Below are positions 20,904-29,059 of a DNA stretch of 64,000 nt, one piece after another. Position 1 is the first letter of the stretch; every line of letters begins with the position of its first letter. Under the pieces are notes generated by a model. The model was not told where the DNA came from. It did not search any database and saw only the letters and a list, made by a program, of their open reading frames with translations. The translations under genes were made by a program, and so were the position numbers. The stretch covers positions 2,880,001-2,944,000 of the forward strand of contig CAXXTU010000002.1 of assembly GCA_963662655.2 (NCBI GenBank), in the 5' to 3' direction. The DNA comes from Candidatus Cloacimonadales bacterium (GTDB lineage Bacteria > Cloacimonadota > Cloacimonadia > Cloacimonadales > JAIOQZ01).

Positions 20904-23048
20904 CTATTTCAAGAGAAGCATCTTGCGCGTAAGCGCCTGATTCTCCGTTTGAAGCTTGTAGAAATATACGCCACCGGAAACCGTCTCGCCCTGCTCATTT
21001 TTACCGTTCCAGGTAACGGTGTTGGCGCCGGAAATCTGGCGACTGTTCAAGAGTGTTTTCACCTTCTGTCCCCGAACGTTGTAGATGCTGAGATTCACGT
21101 GACCGTCCTTCGCAAGCGAGTAGGAGATCGTCGTTTCGGGATTGAAGGGGTTCGGGTAATTCTGTCCCAAGTCGTTCGCGAAGGCCGGGCTTTCGTCCGT
21201 ACCGTCGACTCCCTCATAGTTGAATGTGATATCCAGAGACATGAAGGAAAGCTCCCCGCCGTCGTTGGTTCCGTTTCCGGCAACGTACGATCCATGTGAA
21301 TGGTCGTCGAAGAATCCCAAGCGAAGAAGCCCGTGCTTGTTACCCTGATTGTCGGTATAGAGGTATTCAATCTTGTCCGCCGGATAGATGTAACATGGAT
21401 TCAGGCCGACCAGCTCGGGAACGTAATTTCCGTCGTCTGTCTGATTGTTCGCATGCATCCGGATGGGGTCCGCCCAGGTTTCACCGCTGTCCATGGATAT
21501 CGCGATGCATATCTCGGGTTTGTCCATCCAGCTATCGTAACCGGAGACACCGTCATGAGCAAGTTTGGAATAGAGCGCATCCTGCCATACAACAGCCAGC
21601 CAGCCTTCGTCATCGTTCTGGGATATCTTCCAGTTGTTCTCATCCCATGCGTCCTCCGAATCCCAGTAATAAAAAGGCCAGCCAAGTTCCATCGTTACAT
21701 TACCCTCGTCGTCATACTCGTCTACAATACCGTTTTCGTCTAAATCCCAAGGAATCATAGGAGTGTTGTCTGAAGGATGCGCTCCCTTTGGTGAAAGGTC
21801 AGAGAAGAAGAATTCCCCTTCTTGAAGATCAAAACCGTAAACTTTGGCATACGTCAGGTTCAGGAACCATTGGAAAGAACCGTCGTCATTGTCTCGTCTC
21901 AGCGCCATGTTACCCGGAAAGAACAGCTTCGAATCGTTTACCAGTACCGAATTGAAATTCGTGCATTTCGTAAACGAGAAGTAGAGGTTGTCATAGGGTT
22001 CTCCGGATGTCTCTGCAAATACCCATTCTCCATTCTGGTTCTGTATGTTGTCTTGCGGGAACCTGTAATTCTGGATGAATTCAGTGAATTCTCCTTCTCC
22101 ATAATTGTCGTTTTTATATACGTAAATTTCCTGTGTCGAATTCGAGTAGCCGACGAAACCGACTGTGCCGCTATCTTCCGTCACGAAGAAGGTGTGGTTC
22201 CCCTGATAGAACTCGGGGTCGGGAACATCCCATGCGTCCATCTGAGCGACGGTGTTGTAGCGCCAGTTCAGGTTGGCTAGGTTGATGCTCTGGTCGTTGC
22301 TGTTGTAGTCGGCGTAAGCGATAATCGGATTGTGCGCCGCATACCCGCTTTCGTGCTCGGTATAGTTGTTTGCTACGACATACAGCCTCTTGTAAGGAGC
22401 TTCGAGAGGTGACGGGCCAATGTGTACGTACGGCCAGTTGTATTCGTTGTCCTGGCGCGGGAACACCTCGGCGCATGCCTCGATATCGTCATCAATAATC
22501 ACCTCGGGAACCACCAGAACGCCAGGGAATCCCAGCAGATGGAAGCTGTCGTAGGATATGAGGATTTCCTGCATTCCGTCGTTGTCGATATCGCAGTGCC
22601 ATACGAAGAATGGATCCGCAAGATCGCTGTCGATTGCGAGCCCGGGGTAACCTTCCCTGATGTCGGATTGCCCCAGGTAGTTGGTGGAATAGAATTCGTC
22701 GTTCTCGTCAAAATAAGTAGAATATACTCTACGCTCGGCGGAAGAGGTTTCCGTTGCGTGATAGACGAAATAGAATCCGCCAGCATCGTATCCGCCTGAG
22801 CTTGTCACCGGCTGCAAACAAAGAGGCTCGCCATTGTAACTTCCGGGCATATAATCGTAATAGGATGTCTGGAATCCAACCGGAAGCGTAACAAACTGCC
22901 ATTCGGGCGCGAAACGTCCTCTGGTCGGTGTTTTGATCTTGGTATAGTCGGCATTGACAGCATCGCCGGAGAATGTTGCCTGATGCGCCAGAAGTGTGGT
23001 AAACGCCATGATCAAGGACAGTGCGAATATAAATCTTCCTGCTTTCAT
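20904..23048 (-). CDS. Secreted protein with C-terminal FlgD-Ig / T9SS type A sorting domain
   Basis: Signal peptide; acidic beta-rich body; LGQNYPNPFNPETTISYSL...IYNVRGQKVKTL...GVYFYKL...RKMLLLK. Confidence 0.85.
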   Translation of the reverse strand: MKAGRFIFALSLIMAFTTLLAHQATFSGDAVNADYTKIKTPTRGRFAPEWQFVTLPVGFQTSYYDYMPGSYNGEPLCLQPVTSSGGYDAGGFYFVYHATETSSAERRVYSTYFDENDEFYSTNYLGQSDIREGYPGLAIDSDLADPFFVWHCDIDNDGMQEILISYDSFHLLGFPGVLVVPEVIIDDDIEACAEVFPRQDNEYNWPYVHIGPSPLEAPYKRLYVVANNYTEHESGYAAHNPIIAYADYNSNDQSINLANLNWRYNTVAQMDAWDVPDPEFYQGNHTFFVTEDSGTVGFVGYSNSTQEIYVYKNDNYGEGEFTEFIQNYRFPQDNIQNQNGEWVFAETSGEPYDNLYFSFTKCTNFNSVLVNDSKLFFPGNMALRRDNDDGSFQWFLNLTYAKVYGFDLQEGEFFFSDLSPKGAHPSDNTPMIPWDLDENGIVDEYDDEGNVTMELGWPFYYWDSEDAWDENNWKISQNDDEGWLAVVWQDALYSKLAHDGVSGYDSWMDKPEICIAISMDSGETWADPIRMHANNQTDDGNYVPELVGLNPCYIYPADKIEYLYTDNQGNKHGLLRLGFFDDHSHGSYVAGNGTNDGGELSFMSLDITFNYEGVDGTDESPAFANDLGQNYPNPFNPETTISYSLAKDGHVNLSIYNVRGQKVKTLLNSRQISGANTVTWNGKNEQGETVSGGVYFYKLQTENQALTRKMLLLK

Positions 23049-23062
23049 GTTTCCTCCCTTCC

Positions 23063-23794
23063 TTAGCGAACAGGTTTCTTACCTATGATGAAAAGTCGCG
23101 CGGACGACCCCAAGCCGTGCCTGATGAGTCTCTTCTTGATGCGCTCTTTCTCAATTCCCAGTTTTACGTAATCTGGATGGTTCTTGATTCGCTCGTGGTA
23201 AGGATCAAGGATGGCAATTGTTTTCTCGACTGCTTCGACGGGCGCTTTTTCTTTATAATCTATGAGATAGAATTCAATGTCTTCGAGACCAAGGCTGCCG
23301 GCAAAACGCTCGAGGCGTTCGCGACTGTAGGTGGCGTGATGAGGAATCCCAACGCGTCGATCGATCTGCGCACACCAATGGTGCATGAATACGTGATTCT
23401 TCTGCGCTTTAGACTGGTCGCCGTCGCGGAACATCTCCGAAATAAAGATCAGGCCCTCGGGTTTTGTCACGCGCAGCATTTCGTTAATGACTCTTTTCGG
23501 TCTGTCCATGTGATGCACGGAGTTGGATATTGCAACGATGTCGAATTCTCCATCGGCAAAATCCATCTTCTGGGCATCCATTTTAATCGCCTCGACCGGT
23601 GCGTCCTTGAACTGCTGGTTGCTAAACGCGATCGCTCTTTCTTCGCTGTCGATCCCGACAAACTTGTTGAATTTTCCCAGGCTCGGCATCATCATCGCGA
23701 TGAATTCTCCCCTGCCCGTCGCGACATCCAGAATTTTATCTGCGGAAATCCCCTTCAAGCGCTTTTCCAGTCTCTTCATATCGTTGGCTTTCAT
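23063..23794 (-). CDS. Class I SAM-dependent methyltransferase
   Basis: ILDVATGRG motif I, GID, FDIV, LRVTKPEG; GGAGGA RBS 7 nt before ATG 23794. Confidence 0.88.
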   Translation of the reverse strand: MKANDMKRLEKRLKGISADKILDVATGRGEFIAMMMPSLGKFNKFVGIDSEERAIAFSNQQFKDAPVEAIKMDAQKMDFADGEFDIVAISNSVHHMDRPKRVINEMLRVTKPEGLIFISEMFRDGDQSKAQKNHVFMHHWCAQIDRRVGIPHHATYSRERLERFAGSLGLEDIEFYLIDYKEKAPVEAVEKTIAILDPYHERIKNHPDYVKLGIEKERIKKRLIRHGLGSSARLFIIGKKPVR

Positions 23795-24084
23795 GATTGA
23801 TTCCTCCACACTTTTTCCTGCTGTTCGCTCTGTCCCATTATCGTACAGCCGTCAATCAAAATTCCGCTGGACAGATTTCGGGGCAATGAAACAACTTGGT
23901 GTACAGGTAATAAACATATTGAAAGTGCCATCTCGGGATCGTTATTGGTTGCTATCGGGTTGCTGAAGGTGATTCCGGAATTTTTAGACAAAAAAAAAGA
24001 AAAGGGGAGGAAATCGATAGACAACAAGCTTTGTGGTCCCAGATATGTCTTGTTTTTTTTGATCGTAATGCTTGCTGCCTTCAT
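23791..24084 (-). CDS. Putative sigma54-dependent small/leader ORF (97 aa, MKAASITIKKNKTYLGPQ...)
   Basis: GGAGG 5 nt upstream of ATG; about 40 nt downstream of a -24/-12 promoter; stop overlaps the methyltransferase start (ATGA). No recognisable family. Confidence 0.4.
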   Translation of the reverse strand: MKAASITIKKNKTYLGPQSLLSIDFLPFSFFLSKNSGITFSNPIATNNDPEMALSICLLPVHQVVSLPRNLSSGILIDGCTIMGQSEQQEKVWRNQS

Positions 24085-24121
24085 CGTTTCCTCCGTTTCT
24101 TGTTCCGGCAATTTATACGTT

Positions 24122-24137
24122 TGCACGGGCCGTGCCA
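24122..24137 (-). promoter_or_regulatory. Sigma54 (-24/-12) promoter
   Basis: TGGCACGGCCCGTGCA, GG-N10-GC spacing; next to a sigma54 activator gene. Confidence 0.72.
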
Positions 24138-24254
24138 CTGAATTCCATTCATTTTTATCTCGTTTTTTTGCAAGCTTTTGCGTATTGGCGTGTGCTTGTT
24201 TGTGTGGAATTGGCTCCGTAGGGCTTATGAGCAGCACGTAAAAATCCATGTCTT

Positions 24255-24270
24255 TTCCCATATATGGGAA
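24255..24270. promoter_or_regulatory. Palindrome TTCCCA-N4-TGGGAA (candidate enhancer/UAS), site 1
   Basis: TTCCCATATATGGGAA, about 118 bp upstream of the -24 element at 24137. Confidence 0.65.
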
Positions 24271-24447
24271 CGCGAAAAACTGAATGGTTGGCTTTTGATG
24301 AAAGTTGACGGGATGTAATTCTGCGCCCCACCCCCTTCTCGATGGTCGTTTTCGAGCGCAAGAGATGTGCTGGTTTCTTTTATAACAACGTTTTTATGCT
24401 TCTTGACTGCATCGCACAGCGCGGACCTTTCAATGTTGGCAATACTA

Positions 24448-24463
24448 TTCCCATATCTGGGAA
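24448..24463. promoter_or_regulatory. Palindrome TTCCCA-N4-TGGGAA (candidate enhancer/UAS), site 2
   Basis: TTCCCATATCTGGGAA. Confidence 0.6.
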
Positions 24464-24757
24464 TGCCATCGTCTCACGTTTGGTGAATATCCTGTAACGG
24501 AGCGCATTCTTGTGCTACGCATGCACGCAAGTCCTCCTAGATATCCATGCTTGAATTCTGCTTCAGTCCTGAAAGGGAGGGTGTCCAGGTTCGCGCATTA
24601 TGAGTGTATAAATGGTAAAATACTTGAAGTTATCAAGGCAGAGGTCTGTGCTGGGGGGCGTAAACAAGCTTCTTATCCAGGCATGGATTAAACGATTTCG
24701 ATTTGTCGGTATGAAGGTGATATTGTCATTCCATTCATTTTGCATACGGAGAGGTTG

Positions 24758-24773
24758 TTCCCAAATATGGGAA
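24758..24773. promoter_or_regulatory. Palindrome TTCCCA-N4-TGGGAA (candidate enhancer/UAS), site 3
   Basis: TTCCCAAATATGGGAA, 3 nt after the activator stop codon. Confidence 0.6.
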
Positions 24774-24776
24774 TCT

Positions 24777-27700
24777 TTAGATGTCCTTTTTGTTTGCGAG
24801 AAGCCGGTAGAAGGTCGACTTGGTCAGCCCCAGCTCTTTCTGCACTTCTTTAGCGGAGCCGAGGCATTCCTTGCGCCATTGCAGATATGCGGAAACCAGA
24901 TCTTCCACGGTAGCGATTCCTTCCGGATCTACCTCGAACGTGTCGGGAGCGCTATCGACGGGGAAGTTGCGCGGCATGAGAAGCATCTTGTAGACCTTGT
25001 TCTCCAGTTCGCGGATGTTTCCCGACCAAACGTCCTTCGTCCACAGGTTGATGGTTTCGTCGGGAATGCCGGTCACGACCAGATCCGGCTGGATCTCCAT
25101 GAAATTCCGGGTAAAATGTTTCACCAGAAGCGGAATGTCCTCGAGTCGCTCCCTCAGAGGCGGAACGTTCACCTGAAACGCCGAGATGCGGTAGTAGAGG
25201 TCCTCGCGAAAGAGGTTGTTCTTCACGTCCTGGTACAGATCGCGATTGGTGGCAAAGAGGAAGCGAGCGTTGGAGCGGTGCTCCTTCTTGGCTCCGATGG
25301 GATAGTAGGTCTTTTCCTGAAGCACACGCAGGAGCTTGGTCTGCATATCCATCGGCAGATCGCCGATCTCGTCCAGGAAGAGGATGCCGTCCTCCGCGAG
25401 CGCGATTTTCCCCAGAGAATCCTTGATCGCGCCGGAGAATGCACCTTTCTTATGACCGAAAATCTCGCTCTCGAAGAGGTCCTTCGGGATCGTGCTGACG
25501 TTGAGGGATATCAGCTTGCCCTTGTAGTCGCCTTCATAGTAGATCGCCTTGGCCACGACTTCCTTGCCGGTTCCCGTCTCCCCGGTAATTAAAACGGGGA
25601 AGGGAACGTTGGCCAGCGTAACGATCTGCTTATAAATCTCCTTCATGGCCAGGCTCTTGCCCACGATTCCATGAAAATTCTCCTGAACGTCGATATCGCG
25701 CAGGCGTTTTTGCATTTCCTTCTGGTTGAGGTGCTCCAGGAATACGCCCAGAATGGACGCCAGGTTTTCGATATTGCGCGTGTCCTCGTCGTTCAGGGAG
25801 TGATCGCGCTTCACCGAGTGCATGTAGATCGTTCCCAGAAGCTTTCCGCCCACCACCATCGGAACGCAGAGCGCGCGATAGATGCGGAGCTTCTGGATGC
25901 TGTCGTTGCGGAAGCGGGTGGACGAATCGTATTGCAGGGTATGGTAGGCGTCCTGCGTGTATTGCAGGAGAATGTTGTTGCTGTACTCGAGCGCGCGGTA
26001 GCTCTCCTCATCCTCGTGGATGATGTTCCGGAAGGGCACGAATCGACCGCTCTCCTCGTTGTAGATAAACGGGATCACGCTGTCGAAGCGGTAGGTCAAC
26101 TGGAAGAAGCTTCCCAGCTCCCGGAGGAATTCGTCCAGGTGGGAGATAACCGAGAACTTCTCGATGATATCGTTGATGTCGAGCCGGCATATCTGGCGGC
26201 GGCGGATCTCCCAATCCTGCAGGAGGGTCTGCGCGTCTGCGGAGCGAGACTTGAGGCCCATACCGTTGTAGATTTCCATGGCGTTCTGCATGAAATCGAT
26301 CGCCAGTTCGGGGTTTCCCATCCTTTCCAGGGCGAGGCCGGTCCAGTAGTAAGATTCCGCTCTCTCGTAACCGCTTTTCGATTCGATCTGCGTCGATATT
26401 CGTATCAACTCATGATACCGCTCCTCGAAAAAGAGGTCGATGATCTTCTGATAGGGCTTGGTTGCCACGAATCGCTCGCGGTTCCAGCCGAACCTTGCCG
26501 AGTAGCGCTTGCGGACATCTTCCGGCGCAAAACGGTAAATGAGGTAGATCGTGTTGTCGTCGTCGCGCTGGAAGTAGGAGGAGAGTTCTCTCGCGTTCAG
26601 GTCAATGAGCTTCTCCAGCCAGGGCTCGAAGGTGAACTCGTGGTCGTAGAAACTACAGATAAGGTAAACCTGTATCATGTAGGCCGTCGCGTACCCGTGT
26701 GACTGACGGATGCGCGAGATGATGCGCTCACGGCAGACATCGTAGTTCTCGCGTAGCATATCGTGATACACCTGCACGGAGGTGAAGTGGGTCTGCATGA
26801 CCATGGGAAGGTATTGTATGGATATCTTATCGTAGAAATTCAGGATCAGTTCGATATCCCTTACGCTTCGCTGCGCGGTGTAATACAGATAATAGAAAAG
26901 CAAGCGCCCGATCTGGTATTCAGAGCCGATCAGAAGCGACAGAACGAGCAGGTAGTCCAAAAATTCGTCCGCCAGACGAAGCCGGGGTTTGGCTTTGCCG
27001 AGTGTGTTGACGAACTCCTCGGGATCGGTGTTGGTCGCGATCAGGTTGGAGAGCTTGACGAAAACCTCGCGATCGAAGCTTTCCGGCGAAACGTAGCACA
27101 GGATGTCGATGTAGTGATACAGCATGACCTGCGTTTGGGGGTGAAGCTTCTCTCGTCGGCAGAATTCGTTGATTCCCTTCAGGTCCTTCTTCTGATAAAG
27201 CGAACGTATCGTCTCGATCTGATCCAGCACCGCCGTGATCTCGGGTGACATGTTCCGCTTCAATTCGGGCGTGATTTCAAGGTCGTCGTGCGTGATGAGC
27301 TCGGTGAGGACGTTGATGTTGTAGATGTATATGTTCATCTTGCCGATGATATTGGGCGTCAGTTCGTTCTTCGCGATGAAAAAACGGAGCAGTCGCGCGG
27401 CAAGCGTGTAGTTACGGGTCAGGAGATACCTGTGCAGGACAAGGAAGTCGTCGACGTGCATCTGTGCGAGCACGTCGAGCTGCGCGCTGTCGGCATAGCG
27501 CAGCTTTCCGAGCAGGTCGGCGCCGAGGGTGACGTATTGATCGAATCTCCATTCTTCCAGCGACACGCGAAGCTTTTTCGTGGTCTCCACGATCGCTTCT
27601 TCGGACGATGTGGGAGCCTGTTCCATGTGAGGCAGGATTATCTTTCCGTCATGCCAGGTGATGCCGGATTCTTGTATGATCTGCTGAAGGGGTACGTCGT

Positions 27701-28568
27701 GGTTGGCGTGAACGTGGAAGTTTTCGATATCTTCCGCCCGTTTGAAGGGGAGCTTCAGGCAGTATTTACGGTACAGCTCGAACGTATCCTTGTAGCTGAA
27801 CTGGTCCGTGTAGAACAGGTCCGATATCCGCTGATGGAATTCGAGATAATTGCTGTAGGAATCCTCGTACGGCAGGATGAGCACTTGATCGTGCTGCGAG
27901 AATCTGCCGATCCACTCGTCGAGGTCCTGAATGCGCGACCAGGGATCAACGGCCAGGAACTTGTGGGTCAGGCGGAAAATGGGCGACGTCTGAGGCAGGT
28001 GCAGTCCCTGATCCTGCTCGACCTTCTCTTTCACCTCGTCCGGGCTGGAGTATAGCGACGCGAAAATCAGGGCGATCGTATAGAGGTTGGACGCCCAGGA
28101 CATCCGTCCCTTGATTTGTTCAGGAGCAGCCCACTGCGGAGTTATCCGGCTTTCGTGCGGCGTGAGATCGATAATGCCGATTTTGATCTGCTCGCCCTCG
28201 CGCCGGATGCGAATATGCTCCGGCTTCATATCGCCGATGAAGGTTTTGTGATATTTCAGGTAGCGCACGAAGTGAAAGAGCTTCTCCCACAGGATGGGGA
28301 TGTCGTCGGGGTAGCGCTCCATATAGATGTTGATGGGCAATCCCTCGAAATATTCGTACTCGAAGCGCGCGCTTTTTTCGTCGAACCTGTACTTTGTCAG
28401 CGGGACAAAGTAGGGGTGTCGGCGCTGCTGAAAGAAATCTACCTCTGCCTTCAACTGCGAGCTGACAAGCACTCCGGGATTCGTATAGTACTTGACGATG
28501 CGCTTGCCGCTCGATGTCTTTTTCAGGTATATCTCAACCGTGTCTTTCTTTTTCAGGTAGTATTTCAT
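24777..28568 (-). CDS. Sigma54-dependent enhancer-binding protein with N-terminal degenerate Ser/Thr kinase domain, helical/TPR region, GAF, AAA+ and HTH
   Basis: IVK, GDMKPEH, WAAPEQ (kinase); ALCVPM...LLGTIYM (GAF); GETGTGKE, ESEIFGHKKGAFSGA, LFLDEIGD, ATNRDL, FREDLYYR, WSGNIRELEN (AAA+); LGLTKSTFYRLL (HTH). Start taken at ATG 28568. Confidence 0.9.
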   Translation of the reverse strand: MKYYLKKKDTVEIYLKKTSSGKRIVKYYTNPGVLVSSQLKAEVDFFQQRRHPYFVPLTKYRFDEKSARFEYEYFEGLPINIYMERYPDDIPILWEKLFHFVRYLKYHKTFIGDMKPEHIRIRREGEQIKIGIIDLTPHESRITPQWAAPEQIKGRMSWASNLYTIALIFASLYSSPDEVKEKVEQDQGLHLPQTSPIFRLTHKFLAVDPWSRIQDLDEWIGRFSQHDQVLILPYEDSYSNYLEFHQRISDLFYTDQFSYKDTFELYRKYCLKLPFKRAEDIENFHVHANHDVPLQQIIQESGITWHDGKIILPHMEQAPTSSEEAIVETTKKLRVSLEEWRFDQYVTLGADLLGKLRYADSAQLDVLAQMHVDDFLVLHRYLLTRNYTLAARLLRFFIAKNELTPNIIGKMNIYIYNINVLTELITHDDLEITPELKRNMSPEITAVLDQIETIRSLYQKKDLKGINEFCRREKLHPQTQVMLYHYIDILCYVSPESFDREVFVKLSNLIATNTDPEEFVNTLGKAKPRLRLADEFLDYLLVLSLLIGSEYQIGRLLFYYLYYTAQRSVRDIELILNFYDKISIQYLPMVMQTHFTSVQVYHDMLRENYDVCRERIISRIRQSHGYATAYMIQVYLICSFYDHEFTFEPWLEKLIDLNARELSSYFQRDDDNTIYLIYRFAPEDVRKRYSARFGWNRERFVATKPYQKIIDLFFEERYHELIRISTQIESKSGYERAESYYWTGLALERMGNPELAIDFMQNAMEIYNGMGLKSRSADAQTLLQDWEIRRRQICRLDINDIIEKFSVISHLDEFLRELGSFFQLTYRFDSVIPFIYNEESGRFVPFRNIIHEDEESYRALEYSNNILLQYTQDAYHTLQYDSSTRFRNDSIQKLRIYRALCVPMVVGGKLLGTIYMHSVKRDHSLNDEDTRNIENLASILGVFLEHLNQKEMQKRLRDIDVQENFHGIVGKSLAMKEIYKQIVTLANVPFPVLITGETGTGKEVVAKAIYYEGDYKGKLISLNVSTIPKDLFESEIFGHKKGAFSGAIKDSLGKIALAEDGILFLDEIGDLPMDMQTKLLRVLQEKTYYPIGAKKEHRSNARFLFATNRDLYQDVKNNLFREDLYYRISAFQVNVPPLRERLEDIPLLVKHFTRNFMEIQPDLVVTGIPDETINLWTKDVWSGNIRELENKVYKMLLMPRNFPVDSAPDTFEVDPEGIATVEDLVSAYLQWRKECLGSAKEVQKELGLTKSTFYRLLANKKDI

Positions 28569-28692
28569 CGCATTCCTGCCCAGTTTGAAACAGTATCTTA
28601 GGATTCCGATGTTTCGTGTCAAAGGTTTTATTAAGGGAGCATAGCGAACGATGTGAAAGAACATTCTGATCGGAACTCGATGGGATGGCTTT

Positions 28693-28708
28693 TGGCACCG
28701 AACGTGCA
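28693..28708 (+). promoter_or_regulatory. Sigma54 (-24/-12) promoter, divergent from the activator gene
   Basis: TGGCACCGAACGTGCA, GG-N10-GC; 13/16 identical to the promoter at 24137-24122. Confidence 0.7.
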
Positions 28709-28755
28709 TATTAAAAAACGTGTATCCAGCCTCAACCATAGGGGGGATGGGGCGG

Positions 28756-28809
28756 ATGCCTGGATTAACGGTAAAGTCTGTGCGTCAATATGAGATAATG
28801 CCTATATAA
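28756..28809 (+). CDS. Putative leader peptide MPGLTVKSVRQYEIMPI (20 aa if it starts at ATG 28747)
   Basis: G-rich RBS-like AGGGGGG upstream; lies between the sigma54 promoter and a terminator hairpin. Confidence 0.3.
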   Translation: MPGLTVKSVRQYEIMPI

Positions 28810-28851
28810 CTTTGATATGAACGCATGCGATTCATAATTCCTGCTCGATTC

Positions 28852-28893
28852 GCTGTCGGATTGACGCATACCACAATCCGGCAGCCTTTTTTT
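28852..28893 (+). terminator. Intrinsic terminator upstream of the ABC permease gene
   Basis: GCTGTCGGATTG/CAATCCGGCAGC stem plus T7. Confidence 0.75.
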
Positions 28894-29059
28894 ATATTCT
28901 GCACCTCATCCATAAAATGTTCATAAACGGACACTTGGAATTCGCAATCGAACGAAACAAGCTGAATGGACGATCCTGCACTGCCGAATCATTTGGAATC
29001 ACTTGTGCATAGGAGAAGCCGGAGAGAAGAGGAAATAAAAAAAAAGAGGCTACATCAAT

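Noticed and set aside
23916..23931. TGGCAC on the minus strand upstream of the methyltransferase as another sigma54 promoter
   Set aside because: No GC at the -12 position (TGGCACTTTCAATATG).
24255..24773. Palindromes considered as CRISPR repeats
   Set aside because: Only 16 bp, irregular spacing (193 and 310 bp) and no cas genes.
28569..28739. 57-aa N-terminal extension of the activator in the ORF track
   Set aside because: No domain-like character and it overlaps the divergent -24/-12 promoter; the kinase fold begins at ATG 28568.
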